From NCBI RefSeq assembly GCF_009914755.1, contig NC_060928.1: DNA of 64,000 nucleotides. One strand, written 5' to 3'. Positions 1-14,416 of this stretch are shown piece after piece; within the stretch, counting starts at the first letter, position 1, and every line of letters starts with the position of its first letter. A program made the translations under genes and the position numbers. This DNA comes from the human T2T-CHM13v2.0 reference genome, Homo sapiens. Under the pieces are notes generated by a model. The model was not told the origin of the DNA. It made no database searches and was given only the letters and a program-made list of their open reading frames with translations.

Positions 1-1639
1 TTAAAACAGCAATTAGCTTATGAAGAAACTCTAGGAATGAAACTGATCAATGTGTAGTGACTATATTTTAAAAATTCTGACACTTTAGTTAATGTCCCAT
101 AGACAAGGGACCTAAATTGATAATATTTAATATTCTGGAATAGAAGAAGCCTTTGTAATATAAAGAAGTCAAATTTTCTCAAATTAATTTCAAACCTAAA
201 AAAAACCGAAAAGACAAATCACAAACCATTAGAAAATACTTGAAATACATGAAATACAGTAGTAGCAGAATGTATAAAGAGCTAAATAATTGTTTTAAGT
301 AGGTCAATGGTCACAGAAAACTTGCCAAATAAATAATGTATCTGCATACTTATATCTGTATAAGTATACAGAAAAACTCTCAAATTGAAATGTCACAAAA
401 GAGGAAAAGTAAATTGAAATGACAATGGGCGTCACGTTTCACAACTGAGAATGGAAAAAAAAATTGATTGTTGATACTTTTTACAGGTGAAGCCACAAGA
501 AGAAGAATTCCAGCATGAAACCTACAGGTGTGTTTATGCCAGATGTCACACACTAAGGCTGTGACATAAGTTAAGAAACAAGAAAGAAAGGCAGACATAG
601 CATGTATGGACCAAAGGGATAGTGAGGGGCCGGATATACCTAGAACAAAGAAAACAGACAAAATTCAAAAATGTACATACCAGAAAGACACTAAAAAAGC
701 GAACAGAATTCACTTTTTTGGCATAGAAACTTTCTTGCATGTTGCAGATAATATAGTTTAAGTACAAAGTGGAAATGTGTCACTGGAACACAGGAGAAAA
801 TAATCTTTCTTGTCTAGATACTATCAATATGGCACCCATATACATAACAGAAGTAAAAACGGACTTAAGGCTAAAGTGGAGAATCTATGGCTGAACACAA
901 AAAAGTATTCCGCCCAACAGAGATAATACGATAATGGAAATCTAGGGACTTGGAACTACTAAAATGAGACCAATCCCGGGATAGATCATGAAAGGTAACT
1001 CACAAAAATTATATGCTTAGGCTGAAAACGAAGAAACGTTTTGAAAATATATACGGATGTTAATGTTTTTAAGTTATAAAAAATAAATACAAATATAAAT
1101 ATGTTTCATGTCTGTAAATTCACTCTGTTAAAAAAATAAGAATTTCCTATCAAGGATCTGATTTAAAAAACAAAAGAAGACATAAAGGAGAAATCAGGAG
1201 AGAAAGAGACTGATTTTTCTGAGAGTAAATCTCCAATATAAATACTTGCATCAGATGAACAACAACTTGCTGGGCCAATGACATCAACGCTTAGTCTTCT
1301 CCACACCATCTGGTACTTAATACACACTGTTAACTACTGATACCACCATTTATATACATGAGAACTTAATCAGACTCTTTCCAGCTATTGTCCACACAGC
1401 TATAGTGACCAGTATTCTCTGTGGATTGGATTACCTCTATGTTTTCAGAGCAACTGGAAAGTAATTAAAGCCACTTTTTATTTTGGACTTTTGCACATCA
1501 TCAGCATAAACATTAATCTTGCTGCTGCTATTATTATATTTTAAGATTTTTAAAATCAAAGATGTATTGAAGCTATGGGAAATGTGGAGCTCTTTCACAG
1601 TAGTGTGTTGTTCTTCCCTTCTATAAAAGAAAATGAAAA

Positions 1640-1943
1640 GGTGTAGTGGCCCAAGCCTTAATCACAGCGTTTGGGAGGCCAAGGTGGGAGGATTGCTTGA
1701 GCCCAGGAGTTCAAGACCAGCCAGGGCAATATAAGGAGACCTCATGTTTACAAATATCTTAAAAATTTAGCAGGACATGGTCACACACACCTGTAGTCCC
1801 AGCTACTGGGGAGACAAAGGCATGACGGAATGCTTCAATGTGGGAAGTCAAAGCTGCAGTGAGCTGTGCATGTTACTGCACTCCAGCCAGGATGACACAG
1901 AGTGAGAACCTGCCCCCTACAAAAAAAAAAAAAAAAAAAAAAA
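1640..1943 (+). mobile_element. Alu, AluJ-like, with A-tail
   Basis: Two-arm Alu with J-type 'ggaggattgcttgagcccaggagttcaagaccagc'; poly(A) 1921-1943. Confidence 0.9.
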
Positions 1944-2992
1944 GCAACTGTGGCAAATGCAAAACTTGACAAATGGGACCTAATTAAACTAAAGAGCTTC
2001 TGCACAGCAGAAGCTAGAGTAAACAGACAACCTACAAAATGGGAGAAAATTTTTGCAGACTATGCATCTGAAAATGGTTTGATATCCAGCATCGATAAGA
2101 AACTTAGAGAAATTTACTAGAAAAAAAAACCCCATTAAAAAGTGGGGAAAGGACATGAACAGACACTTCTCAAAAGAAGACATACAGGTGGCCAAAAATT
2201 ATATGTAAAAAACTCAACATCACTGATCATTAGAGAAATGCAAATCAAAACCACGGTGAGATACCATCTCACAGCAATCAGAATGACTTACTGAAAAGTC
2301 AAAAAAAAAAACAAAAACAGATGCTGGCGAGGTTGCAGAGAAAAAGAAATGCTTCTACACTATTGGTGGAAGTGTAAATTAGTTCAACTATTGTGGAAGA
2401 CAGTGTGGCAATTGCTCAAAGACCTAAAGACAGAAATAACATTCAACCCAGCAATCCCATTACATGGTATATACTCAAAGGAAAACAAATCCTTCTATTA
2501 TAAAGGCGCATGCATGTATATATTCATTGCATCACTTTTTACAATAGCAAACACATGGAATCAACCTAAATGCTCATCAGTTATAGACAGGATAAAGAAA
2601 ATGTGGTACATATGCAACATGGAATACTATGCAGCCATAAAAAAACAAGATTATGTCCTTTGCAGGGACATGGGTGGAGCTGGAGGCCATTATCCTTAGC
2701 AAACTAACACAGGAACAGAAAATGAAATACCACATTTTCTCACTTGTAAGTGATAGCTAAATGATGAGAACGCATGGACACATAGAGGGGAACAACAGAC
2801 ACTGGGGCCTTTCGGAGGGTGGAGGCTGGGAGGAGGGAGATCAACACAAGTAATTAATGGTTACTAGGCTTAATACATGGGTGATGAAATAATCTGCACA
2901 ACAAAACCCCATGACAAACATTTACCTATGTAACAAACCTGAATATGTACTCCTGAACGTAAAATAAACGTTTAAAAAACAAATAAATAAAA
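1944..2992 (+). mobile_element. 5'-truncated older primate L1 (ORF2 C-terminus and 3' UTR), abutting the Alu tail
   Basis: Translates to [17 protein letters not shown]; L1 3' UTR 'tttacctatgtaacaaacctg' and A-rich end. Confidence 0.9.
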
Positions 2993-3029
2993 GAGCAAAG
3001 GTAGTGTTGTTATCAAGCACAGTGAATGA

Positions 3030-3356
<327 letters not shown>

Positions 3357-3512
3357 AAATCAATCTTCTAGGAGAAAACTTGGTCCTTGACTGTAGAATT
3401 GATTAGGGGCATGGCATGAAGGAACATTTATGGTTGAACAATGAGAGAAGGCAATCCAAGTATAGGAGTTTTGTGGATTGCATGGGAGAGGAGGAAAGGG
3501 GAGAAGAGGAGA

Positions 3513-4038
3513 GCTGCTCAGTACAGAACTCTAGGTCAGTTCCTCTGACCCTTCTCCACTAGGCATCAACCTTGGTCTATAAAAATTTGAACAAGCAGTA
3601 ACACAGTTCTAATAGCTGAAGGCTACATCCCAAATAGGATGCTAGTCCATCCCCACACCCCTTAAAGTGCCTTCTTGAAAAAAGTCAAGGCTGTCAAAAC
3701 AATTTACTGTTGGATTCAGCCAACATCTAAGGATAGGGCCTCTGTTTCCAAGTCTCTGCTGGAGAATAGAATCCTAACTTCAGTAATTGCCAGCTAGCAG
3801 ACACAGCTGCATCAATTGCATTTACACTAATTAAATTTTTGTAATTTTTTTACTTCTCTGAATTTGATCTCATGCTTTTCCCCTTCCCTACTCTGTCATT
3901 TTCTCTTTAAAATGCCAAGTCACCTCTATACAAATGTGAGTTCAGTTCATGCTGTATTATTTTCCCTATTGCAATAGTTATGACTGATAAAAATCTGTCC
4001 TTGCCACTTTAACTGGTGTCAAGCTTTGAGGTAAGACA
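3513..4038 (+). mobile_element. ERV1-class solo LTR, MER34/MER39-like
   Basis: 3' part 'ttccctattgcaatagtta...aaaatctgtccttgccactttaactggtgtcaagcttt' resembles MER39-group U5; boundaries approximate. Confidence 0.5.
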
Positions 4039-4354
4039 TTACAAAAATTAGGCTTCCAAATACAAAGAAGATCCGGTAGTCCAATCTAGAGACTTTAAAC
4101 TTGTAGAAGTTTCATGACTAAACCATCATGCAATTGAATGAAGTTTGTTCTCTCTGTGTACTGGACATCGGGGATTTGGGGCCCTTAGATAATGATCACT
4201 AAGATTCAACAGGAATTAATGCTATCTTTGGTTAATGCCAAGAGAAAGAATGATCACAGAATTCTGTTATAATCTCTTTCCCAAAACATTTTCTACTGTG
4301 GTGATTTAGTTCTAACTTTTTTTTTTTGAAACTAATTTTTTTTGTCATCTCTCA

Positions 4355-5545
<1,191 letters not shown>

Positions 5546-5895
5546 AAATATGAACCTGAAATTTTTATTTATTAAAGGTGATCCAGAAAAAAATGAAAGT
5601 AGATATGCGATCACTTCTAGAATCAATCTTCTAATTTCTAGTATTTAATCAGTTGAATAGGTGGTATTTGTATACTGAGATAATTTTCTTCCTTCTTTCT
5701 ACTGACCTCTCAGATTCTCAGGGATGTAGACAGACTGACTTCCTGCTCATAAAACATCTGGGACTTTATAATTATTGATACTTTCTTTTCCTTTTCTAGC
5801 TTTGTTCAAGAGAGTGAGAAAGGCATTATTCTCCCTCAATGTGCAATTTTAACTCTCCACACACTGGCAAAGTTTGGCTTGAAATTGTATTTATA

Positions 5896-6160
5896 GGCCG
5901 GGCGCGGTGGCTCACGCCTGTAATCCCAGCACTTTGGGAGGCCGAGGCGGGCAGATCACGAGGTCAGGAGATCGAGACCATCCTGGCTAATACGGTGAAA
6001 CCCTGTCTCTACTCAGGAGGCTGAGGCAGGAGAATGGCGAGAATCTGGGAGGTGCAGCTTGCAGTGAGCCAAGATCGTGCCACTGCACTCCAGCTTGGGC
6101 AACAGAGCAAGACTCCATCTCAAAAAAAAAAATAAAAATAAAAATAAAATAATAAAAAAA
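5896..6160 (+). mobile_element. AluY-like element lacking the central linker (about 55 nt missing)
   Basis: 'agatcgagaccatcctggctaa' and 'ggagaatggcg' are AluY-type; arms joined at 'ctact' 6009-6013. Confidence 0.92.
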
Positions 6161-7689
6161 GAAACTAATGAATCTAATTGATAATTACACATCTGTAATA
6201 AATTACAGATATTTTGGGGAGATACTCTCAATGTGTTTATAATTTAGTTACAGAAATAACGTGGGCATAACTCAAAAAAATTCATAATACTATTCAAGGA
6301 ATAGTAGATAACACATGAAATTTATGGGATGAAAGTTATTTAAATGTTTAGTGAGGAAATCAATATCTTATAATGGAACTTAACCTGTATACAGAAAAAT
6401 AAACACTTGCTGAGATGCAGGTCAGCAACTGATGACTTTGATGAAATAGGGATATTTAGGTTGGTAAGCATTTAGATACAGAGATACAGAAGAGATTTGA
6501 GGCTAGTCAAAGAGTATTGACTCCTGCTATTGTGAGGATTGTTTTGTTTGGTTTTGTTGTATTTGTACAGAGTAGAAATAGGAAGTTTACTTGACTTAAT
6601 GCAGACTAGATAAGAGCAAAAGGAACCTGCTGCAGGCAGCTAGTTAAACTACATCATGCTTATCTCTGTGTGAAATGATAAAGGTCAAAATTAAGGTTGT
6701 GGCAGAAGAAAATGTGGCAGAAATATGTCAGAACTGGGATGTTTCCTGTATATAAATGGCAACTTTCATCATGACAAAATGTATAATATGAAACTAGTTA
6801 AAACTAGATTAGGTTTAGTTGCTTCTTTTGTCATTTATACATGTCAGAAACTATTTAGAAAGTTCAAACATAGGAAATTGTTAACAAAACATCTTTTATA
6901 AACCTGCAAAATAAGAATGTAATAGACAGATGGGCATATCTGGAAGAATAATGACTGTATCTGCTTACAGTGCCTCGTACCTTCTAGGCACTCACTGAAC
7001 AGTATACGTATAAGCATGGAGGAAGGAGGAATCATGGCATATATTATATATCAACTCTGACATGCTAGTCATTTTATGGCACATACACACACATAATTTA
7101 TTATTTACATTAAGTTCTGAATGATCAATACATATAAACTCATCCAGTGTGATTAACTTATTCTAGAGAAAGTAGATCACTGATCATTTAGTGCTTTATG
7201 CTTTGATTTGTCTTTAATTAAAAACTATAGCCCTTTGAAAGCAAGGGCTGAATTTTTATTAGTTTAATAATCTGGGATTCCAATTGTTGAAGTGGGATTC
7301 CAATGGTTAATGCTCATTTTAGTCAAGTTCTAAATTCTTGCTCAAAATTAGATAGCTAAGTATCTTACTAGTTAAAGAAAGAAGAAAATTGATGTCTGTA
7401 GAGTGCTTGCTATGCCTCTTTAGTGAACTAGACGGTTAGTATTTATAGTCGGGTTGTACTTTCTCAACAACCCATAAGTCTAGATGTTGATTAACATTAT
7501 CATAATTCACAAACATTAATCGCTTATTCCTTGGCACTATAACACAATGCATCATGTTTGTCTTGTCTTTTCTTAAAGATCAAACTACTAGCAATCATGT
7601 TAATATATAACTTTATGGTTTTGCATACCCATAAATATAATTTATATACACAAACAATATTATTTCCAAGTAATAGTGATAGATTATAC

Positions 7690-7990
7690 TGTGGGAACTA
7701 ACAACACCGGAATAAAACACCCAGAATGTTTTTCACTTATGTTCCATGTACAATATAGGTCAGCAGAGTTGCTCAGCTCATGGTGGTTACTCAGAAACCT
7801 GGGCTGAAGGAAACGCCATCTCAATATGTTCTCAAGGACACTGCAGCAGAGGGAATAAAATATTATTAACCATGAACTGGATTGTAACATTTCCATCCAG
7901 AAAAAACATACATTCCATTAGCCAAACATGTCACACAGTCGTATAAAACTTGGAAGGATAATATATGTATGTTAATAGCCTTAATGAACA
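7690..7990 (-). mobile_element. Ancient MaLR LTR fragment, MLT1K/L-like
   Basis: 'ggtcagcagag...actcagaaacctgggctgaagg' and 'cattccattagccaaacatgtcaca' resemble old MLT1 LTRs. Confidence 0.45.
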
Positions 7991-8262
7991 CCACAAATAT
8001 ATGTGAATAATTTCTCAACTGGAAAATATATGTGGATGAGAATGAATAAATTAATTTGCCAAATATTTTTTAAATATTTCAAAGCACTGTATTATACTTA
8101 AATTTCTATATCTTGTGGCTGGTGGTATAACAATAAATACTTTATAATCAATCTGATCAGTAATTTTTACCTAATTAATTGTTTTCTCTTCTGAAAAAAA
8201 TGTGTAATATTTTCACCATTGGAAAAACAAAGTGAATCAGATTTAATTTTTGAGAAAAAAAA

Positions 8263-8327
8263 TGTGCTGTTTAAATTACCTTATGACCTTACATTCCTTT
8301 AAAAGGCTAAAATGTTAATACACTCCA
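8263..8327 (+). repeat. Copy 1 of a 65-bp local direct duplication
   Basis: 58/65 identical to 9707-9771 without gaps. Confidence 0.9.
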
Positions 8328-8426
8328 AGATTTTTCCCAGTATTTAGCAAAAAAAGACCTAAAATATCTTCAAAGTGAACACATATCAGAGTGAAGGAGT
8401 TGAAATATTTATTAAGAATAAGTTCC

Positions 8427-9124
8427 TATGCTGCTATAAAGACACACGCACACGTATGTTTATAGCAGCACTATTCACAATAGCAAAGACTTGGAACCAA
8501 CCCAAATGTCCAACAATGACAGACTGGATTAAGAAAATGTGGCACATATACACCATGGAATACTATGCAGCCATAAAAAATGATGAGTTCGTGACCTTTG
8601 TAGGGACATGGATGAAGCTGGAAACCATCATTCTCAGCAAACTATCTCAAGGACAAAAAAAACAAACACCGCATGTTCTCACTCATAGGTGGGAATTGAA
8701 CAATGAGAACACATGGACACAGGAAGAGGAACATCACACACCGGGACCTGCTGTGGGGTGAGGGGGAGGGCGGAGAGATAGCATTAGGAGATATACCTAA
8801 TGTTAAATGACGAGCTAATGGGCGCAGCACACCAACGTGGCACATGTATACATATGTAACTAACCTGCATGTTGTGCACATGTATCCTAAAACTTAAAGT
8901 ATAATAAAAAATAAATAAAATAAATAAAAATAAAAAAAGAAAAGAAAAGAAAACTATTCCATTAAATAATATCAAAATATGAGAAAGTATCTAATGGGTA
9001 CAATGTATGTTATTAAGGCGATGGAAAACCTAACGTCCTGCCTTGTATGTAACAAAACTACACTTGTGCCCCATAAATTTATACAAATAAAATTTAAAGT
9101 TTCAGCACAACAACTAAAAAAAAA
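8427..9124 (+). mobile_element. 5'-truncated young L1PA 3' end with a 3'-transduced segment
   Basis: L1PA 3' end and A-tail to about 8953, about 160 nt extra sequence, second A-run 9116-9124; TSD aagaataagttcc at 8414-8426 and 9123-9135. Confidence 0.9.
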
Positions 9125-9706
9125 GAATAAGTTCCAAAAGAATGATATATTGAGATAATTCAATATGCCTGACTAAATAATCCCAAAATAGACAACATTG
9201 AGATGCCTAAGTTTTACAAGAAAAACTTCTATATGACTTGATAAATGTTTCCTCTTAGTGTATCTGAATTTTAAGTCATCATTTTTATGGATGCATTTAA
9301 CCACAGTTTATGTATTGACCTAATTTGCTCAAAAACCTAAAGCCTCTGAGCACTTGTTCCTTTCTAGAAGTAATTTTATTCAAAGTCTGTGGGGAAAGGT
9401 TAGCAAAATCAAAATGAATATATTCCTTTAAATTTTATATTTCCTTAGCTCTCAGATTCATTGTGTTTATCTTTTAAGCTCTTGGACTTTAGACATCCCT
9501 AGACACAAATTCAAATAATGTGAAAAATATATTACATTGTAATTTGTGTGAAATATAGAGAAATGCCAAGTGTTTGATAGGAATGAATAAAATCTCTGAA
9601 TGAGTCTGGTGACTATAATCTTTCAGACACAAAGTCTTTTTATAAGTTGCTTGGAAAGAAGCTAGCCAAATCAATTATCATTATGAGGGAGAGAGAGAAA
9701 AAGAAT

Positions 9707-9771
9707 TGTGCTGTTTAAATTACCTTGTGACTTTACATTACTCTAAAAGGCTAAAATGTTGATCCATTCCA
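9707..9771 (+). repeat. Copy 2 of the 65-bp local direct duplication
   Basis: 58/65 identical to 8263-8327. Confidence 0.9.
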
Positions 9772-10128
9772 GGAAGATTTTATTTAATCTGCATGGTAAA
9801 TATAGGACTGTTAATAAGAGAATGAGAGAAGGAGGTTCACATATATTTAGCATCTACTCTCCTTTAGACATGGTGGTAGATATGATGGAGAGGTAGATAA
9901 GAAGTAAGATGATATAGATGCATATGCACACATATACATAAATACATATACACAACTTTGATAAGGTACGTAGCTTTGCTTTAATATTCCCATCTATTAA
10001 ATCAAGATGATATCCACTTCACTGGCTTATTGTGAGGATTATATAACACAATTATGAGAAACATGTAAGTACTCTTCTCCTTCCTTTTTATCAAATGTCT
10101 CATTTTGTGTTTGTTCTTTCATTTGTTC

Positions 10129-10709
10129 TGTTAAACTATGTCCCAGCTAACAGACAGGATGCATTCCCCACGGCTGAGGTATTCAGATTTAAATCAGAAC
10201 CAGGAAGCCATAGCTGGATGAGGGCATGATCATGTGCTCTATGTTCCCAGAAAGATGTCAAAGTATCACAGGACCCCCACTTTCTACAATCAAGCCAAAC
10301 TAGTTCTTTGTTGTTAGTGCCAGGATAAACTGCAAACAGATCCTCCCTCCCTCCCCACCAACTGGCAGTTTGAAAGAAATATCTGACAGAGATTTCCAAT
10401 TTGGGACTTGGAAACCAATCAGAAATCACCTGTCCTATCCAATCGGGGCTTAACTATATGAACCAATCAGGGATGAGCTGTACCCACTAATCAGAACTAA
10501 GTGAGCCTGAATCCTTTATTTGCAACCAGACCCACCAGACCTGATTGGGAACCGGAGTAGGAAATTTTGCTATAAATTCTGAACTCCATTTTTGTTCTCT
10601 GGAATGTACCTTCATTTTACACAAAAGCTGTGTCTCCCCAGTTTACAAACTTTTCAAGGAAATAATGTATTTTTCCTCCAAATTCCTTTTCAGAGAACAT
10701 TTATTCACA
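10129..10709 (+). mobile_element. ERV1-class solo LTR with CCAAT array and TATA box
   Basis: TG...CA ends; CCAAT at 10396, 10415, 10439, 10463; ATTGG at 10544; TATAAA at 10571. Family not assigned. Confidence 0.7.
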
Positions 10710-10724
10710 TTCTAACTAACATTT

Positions 10725-10832
10725 TTTTTTTTTAGCACATACCAGGTTCCAGGTACTGTGTAGGCACTGGGAATTCCTTGTGTAATAAAACACACACAAA
10801 GTAACTGCCCATGTAGAACTTATATTCCAGTG
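10725..10832 (-). mobile_element. L2 3'-end fragment
   Basis: 'ccaggtactgtgtaggcactggg...agaacttatattccagtgg'. Confidence 0.6.
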
Positions 10833-11484
10833 GCTTCATAACATTTTTAAAAATTACTTATGAATTTTTTATTTCATTGTTTTTACACCAGAGTTTTGAC
10901 AGCTAATATTTTGAAAGCAATGTTCAAATAAATGACTCTTCCTCTGTTGTTTCAATCAAATAAGTACTCTATTTACCTTCTGCCTTTCAAAATTTTATAG
11001 ATACAATCTCACTTTAATATTGAATAATGCCAAGCGTTCAATGGCATTATTTTAAAAGATATAAAAAGGAATATTTCTTTATTTGTCCATATTTTTTCCC
11101 TCTTATAGCTTAATATAACCAGTTTTCAGTTGATTACTAGTGGTATCATGTGGACACAGCCTCTGACTTACTGTGGTTTTGCTTATATAAAAAAGTCAAC
11201 ATCATGCCTAGGAGTCAAACAGCAAAAAACAATTCATTGCTGTCTTTACAAAAAGAAATTGTTTCAAAACACGGCAGTAAAACCAATCCATATTTTCAAT
11301 GCAAGATTTTGAAGTTATGATGAACCAGAGACCTGTAATTCCAGAATAGTGATCTGAGGTCTGAAGCTAAAATAGGGTCTAATATCCAGTCCTGTTATTT
11401 ATCATTTCTTTTCTCCACGTTAATTCAAATGCCTCATTTTGCTGACATTGCAAAATAGCTGTATTTTGAATAAAATAATGTTGA

Positions 11485-11751
11485 GGCCGGGCGCAGTGGC
11501 TCACGCCTGTAAACCCAACACTTTGGGAGGCCAGGGCAGGCAGATCACCTGAGGTCTGGCTAACATGGTGAAACTCTGTCTCTACTAAAAATACAAAAAT
11601 TAGCGGGCATGGTGGTGGGCCCCTGTAATCTCAGCTACTCGGGAGGCTGAGACAAGAGAATTGCTTGAACCCAGGAGGTGGAGGTTGAAGAAAGCCGAGA
11701 TCACGCCACTGCACACCAGCCTGGGCAACAAACAGTGAAACTCCGTCTCAA

Positions 11752-11790
<39 letters not shown>
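11485..11790 (+). mobile_element. AluS with an approximately 18-nt deletion removing the B box; (AAT)n tail
   Basis: 'gaggtc|tggctaac' lacks aggagttcgagaccagcc; tail is an AAT microsatellite. Confidence 0.9.
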
Positions 11791-11792
<2 letters not shown>

Positions 11793-13429
11793 ATCTATAT
11801 AAGGATTGTAAAAGTAAACAACATAGAGGATTTCTCCAGAGATCTAGATCTGATTATGTTTTTCTTTTTCTTACTCATATTAAAGATTTTCTAGTAAATC
11901 CTCATCTTAATGTCCTCCCTTAGAACAATAATTTAAGATTTTTAAACTATCTCTTAAAGTCTTGCTAACAAAATTATTACAATAGATAATATTCTAAACT
12001 CCAATGGTCTTGATAATGTGACTTAGACTTTTATTATACTCTGCATTTTTAAAGGTACCTATTTAGACAAAAAATCATTTTGTACTTCCTCTTGTCATTT
12101 TTTTAAGAAGCAGAAAGTAAGCAACGTAATTTTCAGATAGGGAAACCAAAGGATATAGAACTAAATTATCAAATAACTTTGGTTAGTTAAAAGAGAATTC
12201 CAAATTAATGAGTCCTCAGTGGAAGAATCAATCAATTAATATAGATTACGAGTTTATTTTTCTCAAGCAAAATCTCACTTGCTCTTTGAATTATTTTTCA
12301 CAAATGAAAAACTAACCATTAATTAACTTTCAAGAGATAAGTTAATTGACTCTGACTCTTGTTAAAAGTCTTCTCCTACCACTTCTTATCACCAGGGATT
12401 TTTCTTGCTATTTCTGTAACTCATCTAATAGGTTTAGAATTTTGTGCTTTTGCTTATGAGCTTTCTTTGTTTAGATTGCATTCCTGTTGTAGAGTTCACA
12501 ACTTTTTCTCCTTTCCTCTTTAGGTAAAATGTCTTTCTAATTTTTTTTAGGAAATATTGCCAGAATTCCAAAGGTGCTTCCCAAAAGCACGCAAAGCACC
12601 CCATGGTGGATTTCTCAATTAAAGCAAAAATCTATTTAAACCGAATGAAATGTCAATATTCTTGTCTCAACCAGTGTGTTACAAGTGGTTGAAGGACAGA
12701 TTCTGTTTCTCATTCATTGTTGCAATCTTAGCATCAAATCTGATGCCTATAAGGCACTAAACAAATATTAATGTGGCTGTTTGATCTAGTATAGGGACAT
12801 TCTCTTCAATATATTTATTCAGATAGTCTGCAATAAGTTATTACTCAGTACCTACCAGGTGCCAGTTACTATGTTGGGTACCAGAGCACACACTTTCTAA
12901 GCACATATAAAAAGTTCAAAAGGCGCTCTAAAAGGAAAAACTTGGAGCATCATTGCAACATTTGGAGATATTTCTAAATTCGCTTTGGAATTTAGAGAAG
13001 ACTTTAACAACAAAGTGATATGAAGGCTAAAATCTGAAGTTAATATAGTTGATGATCCTCTTCCTGAAATCCTGGAGCCACATGTATTCTATACTTCAGA
13101 ATTTTTCATATTTTACAAAAAGAGCATATACAACATATTTTGTAACATTACTAATGAGATTTAGGATAGTACCCCAGTATTTAAAACATTTCTATTTCAA
13201 CAGAGAAATGCAAATATTCACTTTAATTAGTAAATAAGAGAATAGTCTTACCTTACTTTAGGTCAGATCTTTCTTCCAAATGATCACAAGTCAGAGTTTT
13301 GGTAAACAAATCCCAAGACATTTTTTGTTGCCAGAGTGTTTTGGATTTTGTAATAGGACATAGCTAATTTTGAGCCCAGAATAATAAGAGTAAATATTTA
13401 CTTGGTTCTTACTTTTTGCTAGGTACCAC

Positions 13430-13801
13430 TGTGTTAGTCTGTTCTGATGCTGCTAATAAATACACACCTGAGAATGGGCAATTTATAAAGGAAAGAGGCT
13501 TAATGGACTCACAGTTCCACATGGATGGGGAAGTTTCACAATCACGGCAGAAGGCAAAGAAGAAGCAAAGTCATGCCTTATGTGGCAGCAGGCAAGACAG
13601 TATGTGTAAGGGAACTTCTTTTTATAAAGGATCGTGTGAGACTGATCTCATAAGACTGATTCACTATAGGGAGAACAGCATGGGAAAGACCAATCCCTAT
13701 GATTCAATTACCTCCTACTGGGTTCCTCTAACAATATGTGGGAATTATGGGACCTGCAATTCAAGATGAGATTTGGGTGGGGACACAGCCAAACAATATC
13801 A
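13430..13801 (-). mobile_element. THE1 (MaLR) solo LTR
   Basis: Reverse complement of the THE1 start 'tgatatggtttggctgtgtccccaccc'; TSD accac/cccac. Confidence 0.92.
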
Positions 13802-14416
13802 CCCACTAATTTATATGCATATAATTAAATCATTATAAAAATATTATAAAGGAGTGTAGTATTTTATGAGGCAGAGAGTTCCATCAGGCAGATAGTGTTT
13901 GAATCAGATTTTAACAAAAACAGTCTGGTGCCAGAGTCCTTGATTTTACCCAGTATACCGAAATGTCTTTCTTTAAGTTATCTAAATAAAGGCAGTTGAC
14001 CATGGGGTAGCAGAAAGGGAAGAGAGAAGGAGGGCACAGCGTATTTCAAGCCAATATACCTAGGGTCTACAGCATGAAAGGCCTTAAAATGCAGGTATAA
14101 TAGTAAGTATTTTATGATTTACTTGGTATCAAATGGCAAAGAACAAAAAGGTTGTAGGAGCCAAGGTGAGGAAGAAGTAATAAACTCCATTTTGTGCATT
14201 TTAAGTTTCAGCTGCCTACGATTTATTCTCAGGAAAATAATCCTATACAGTTCAGCAAGTGTGTAGCTTGGAAAAGGATGTATGATGGATTTGCAGGTAT
14301 GAGGCAATCAGCAAAGGGATAACAATTAAACAATGTAGAGGAGTAATCACCAGGCAAAATATGTTGTCAAAAAGGGGGAAAGAGAATAGGGAAAAGAATA
14401 AATTCATGAATAAACA

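Noticed and set aside
6166-11797. Shared taatgaatcta after two different Alu tails
   Set aside because: An 11-nt AT-rich match with no extension; consistent with chance.
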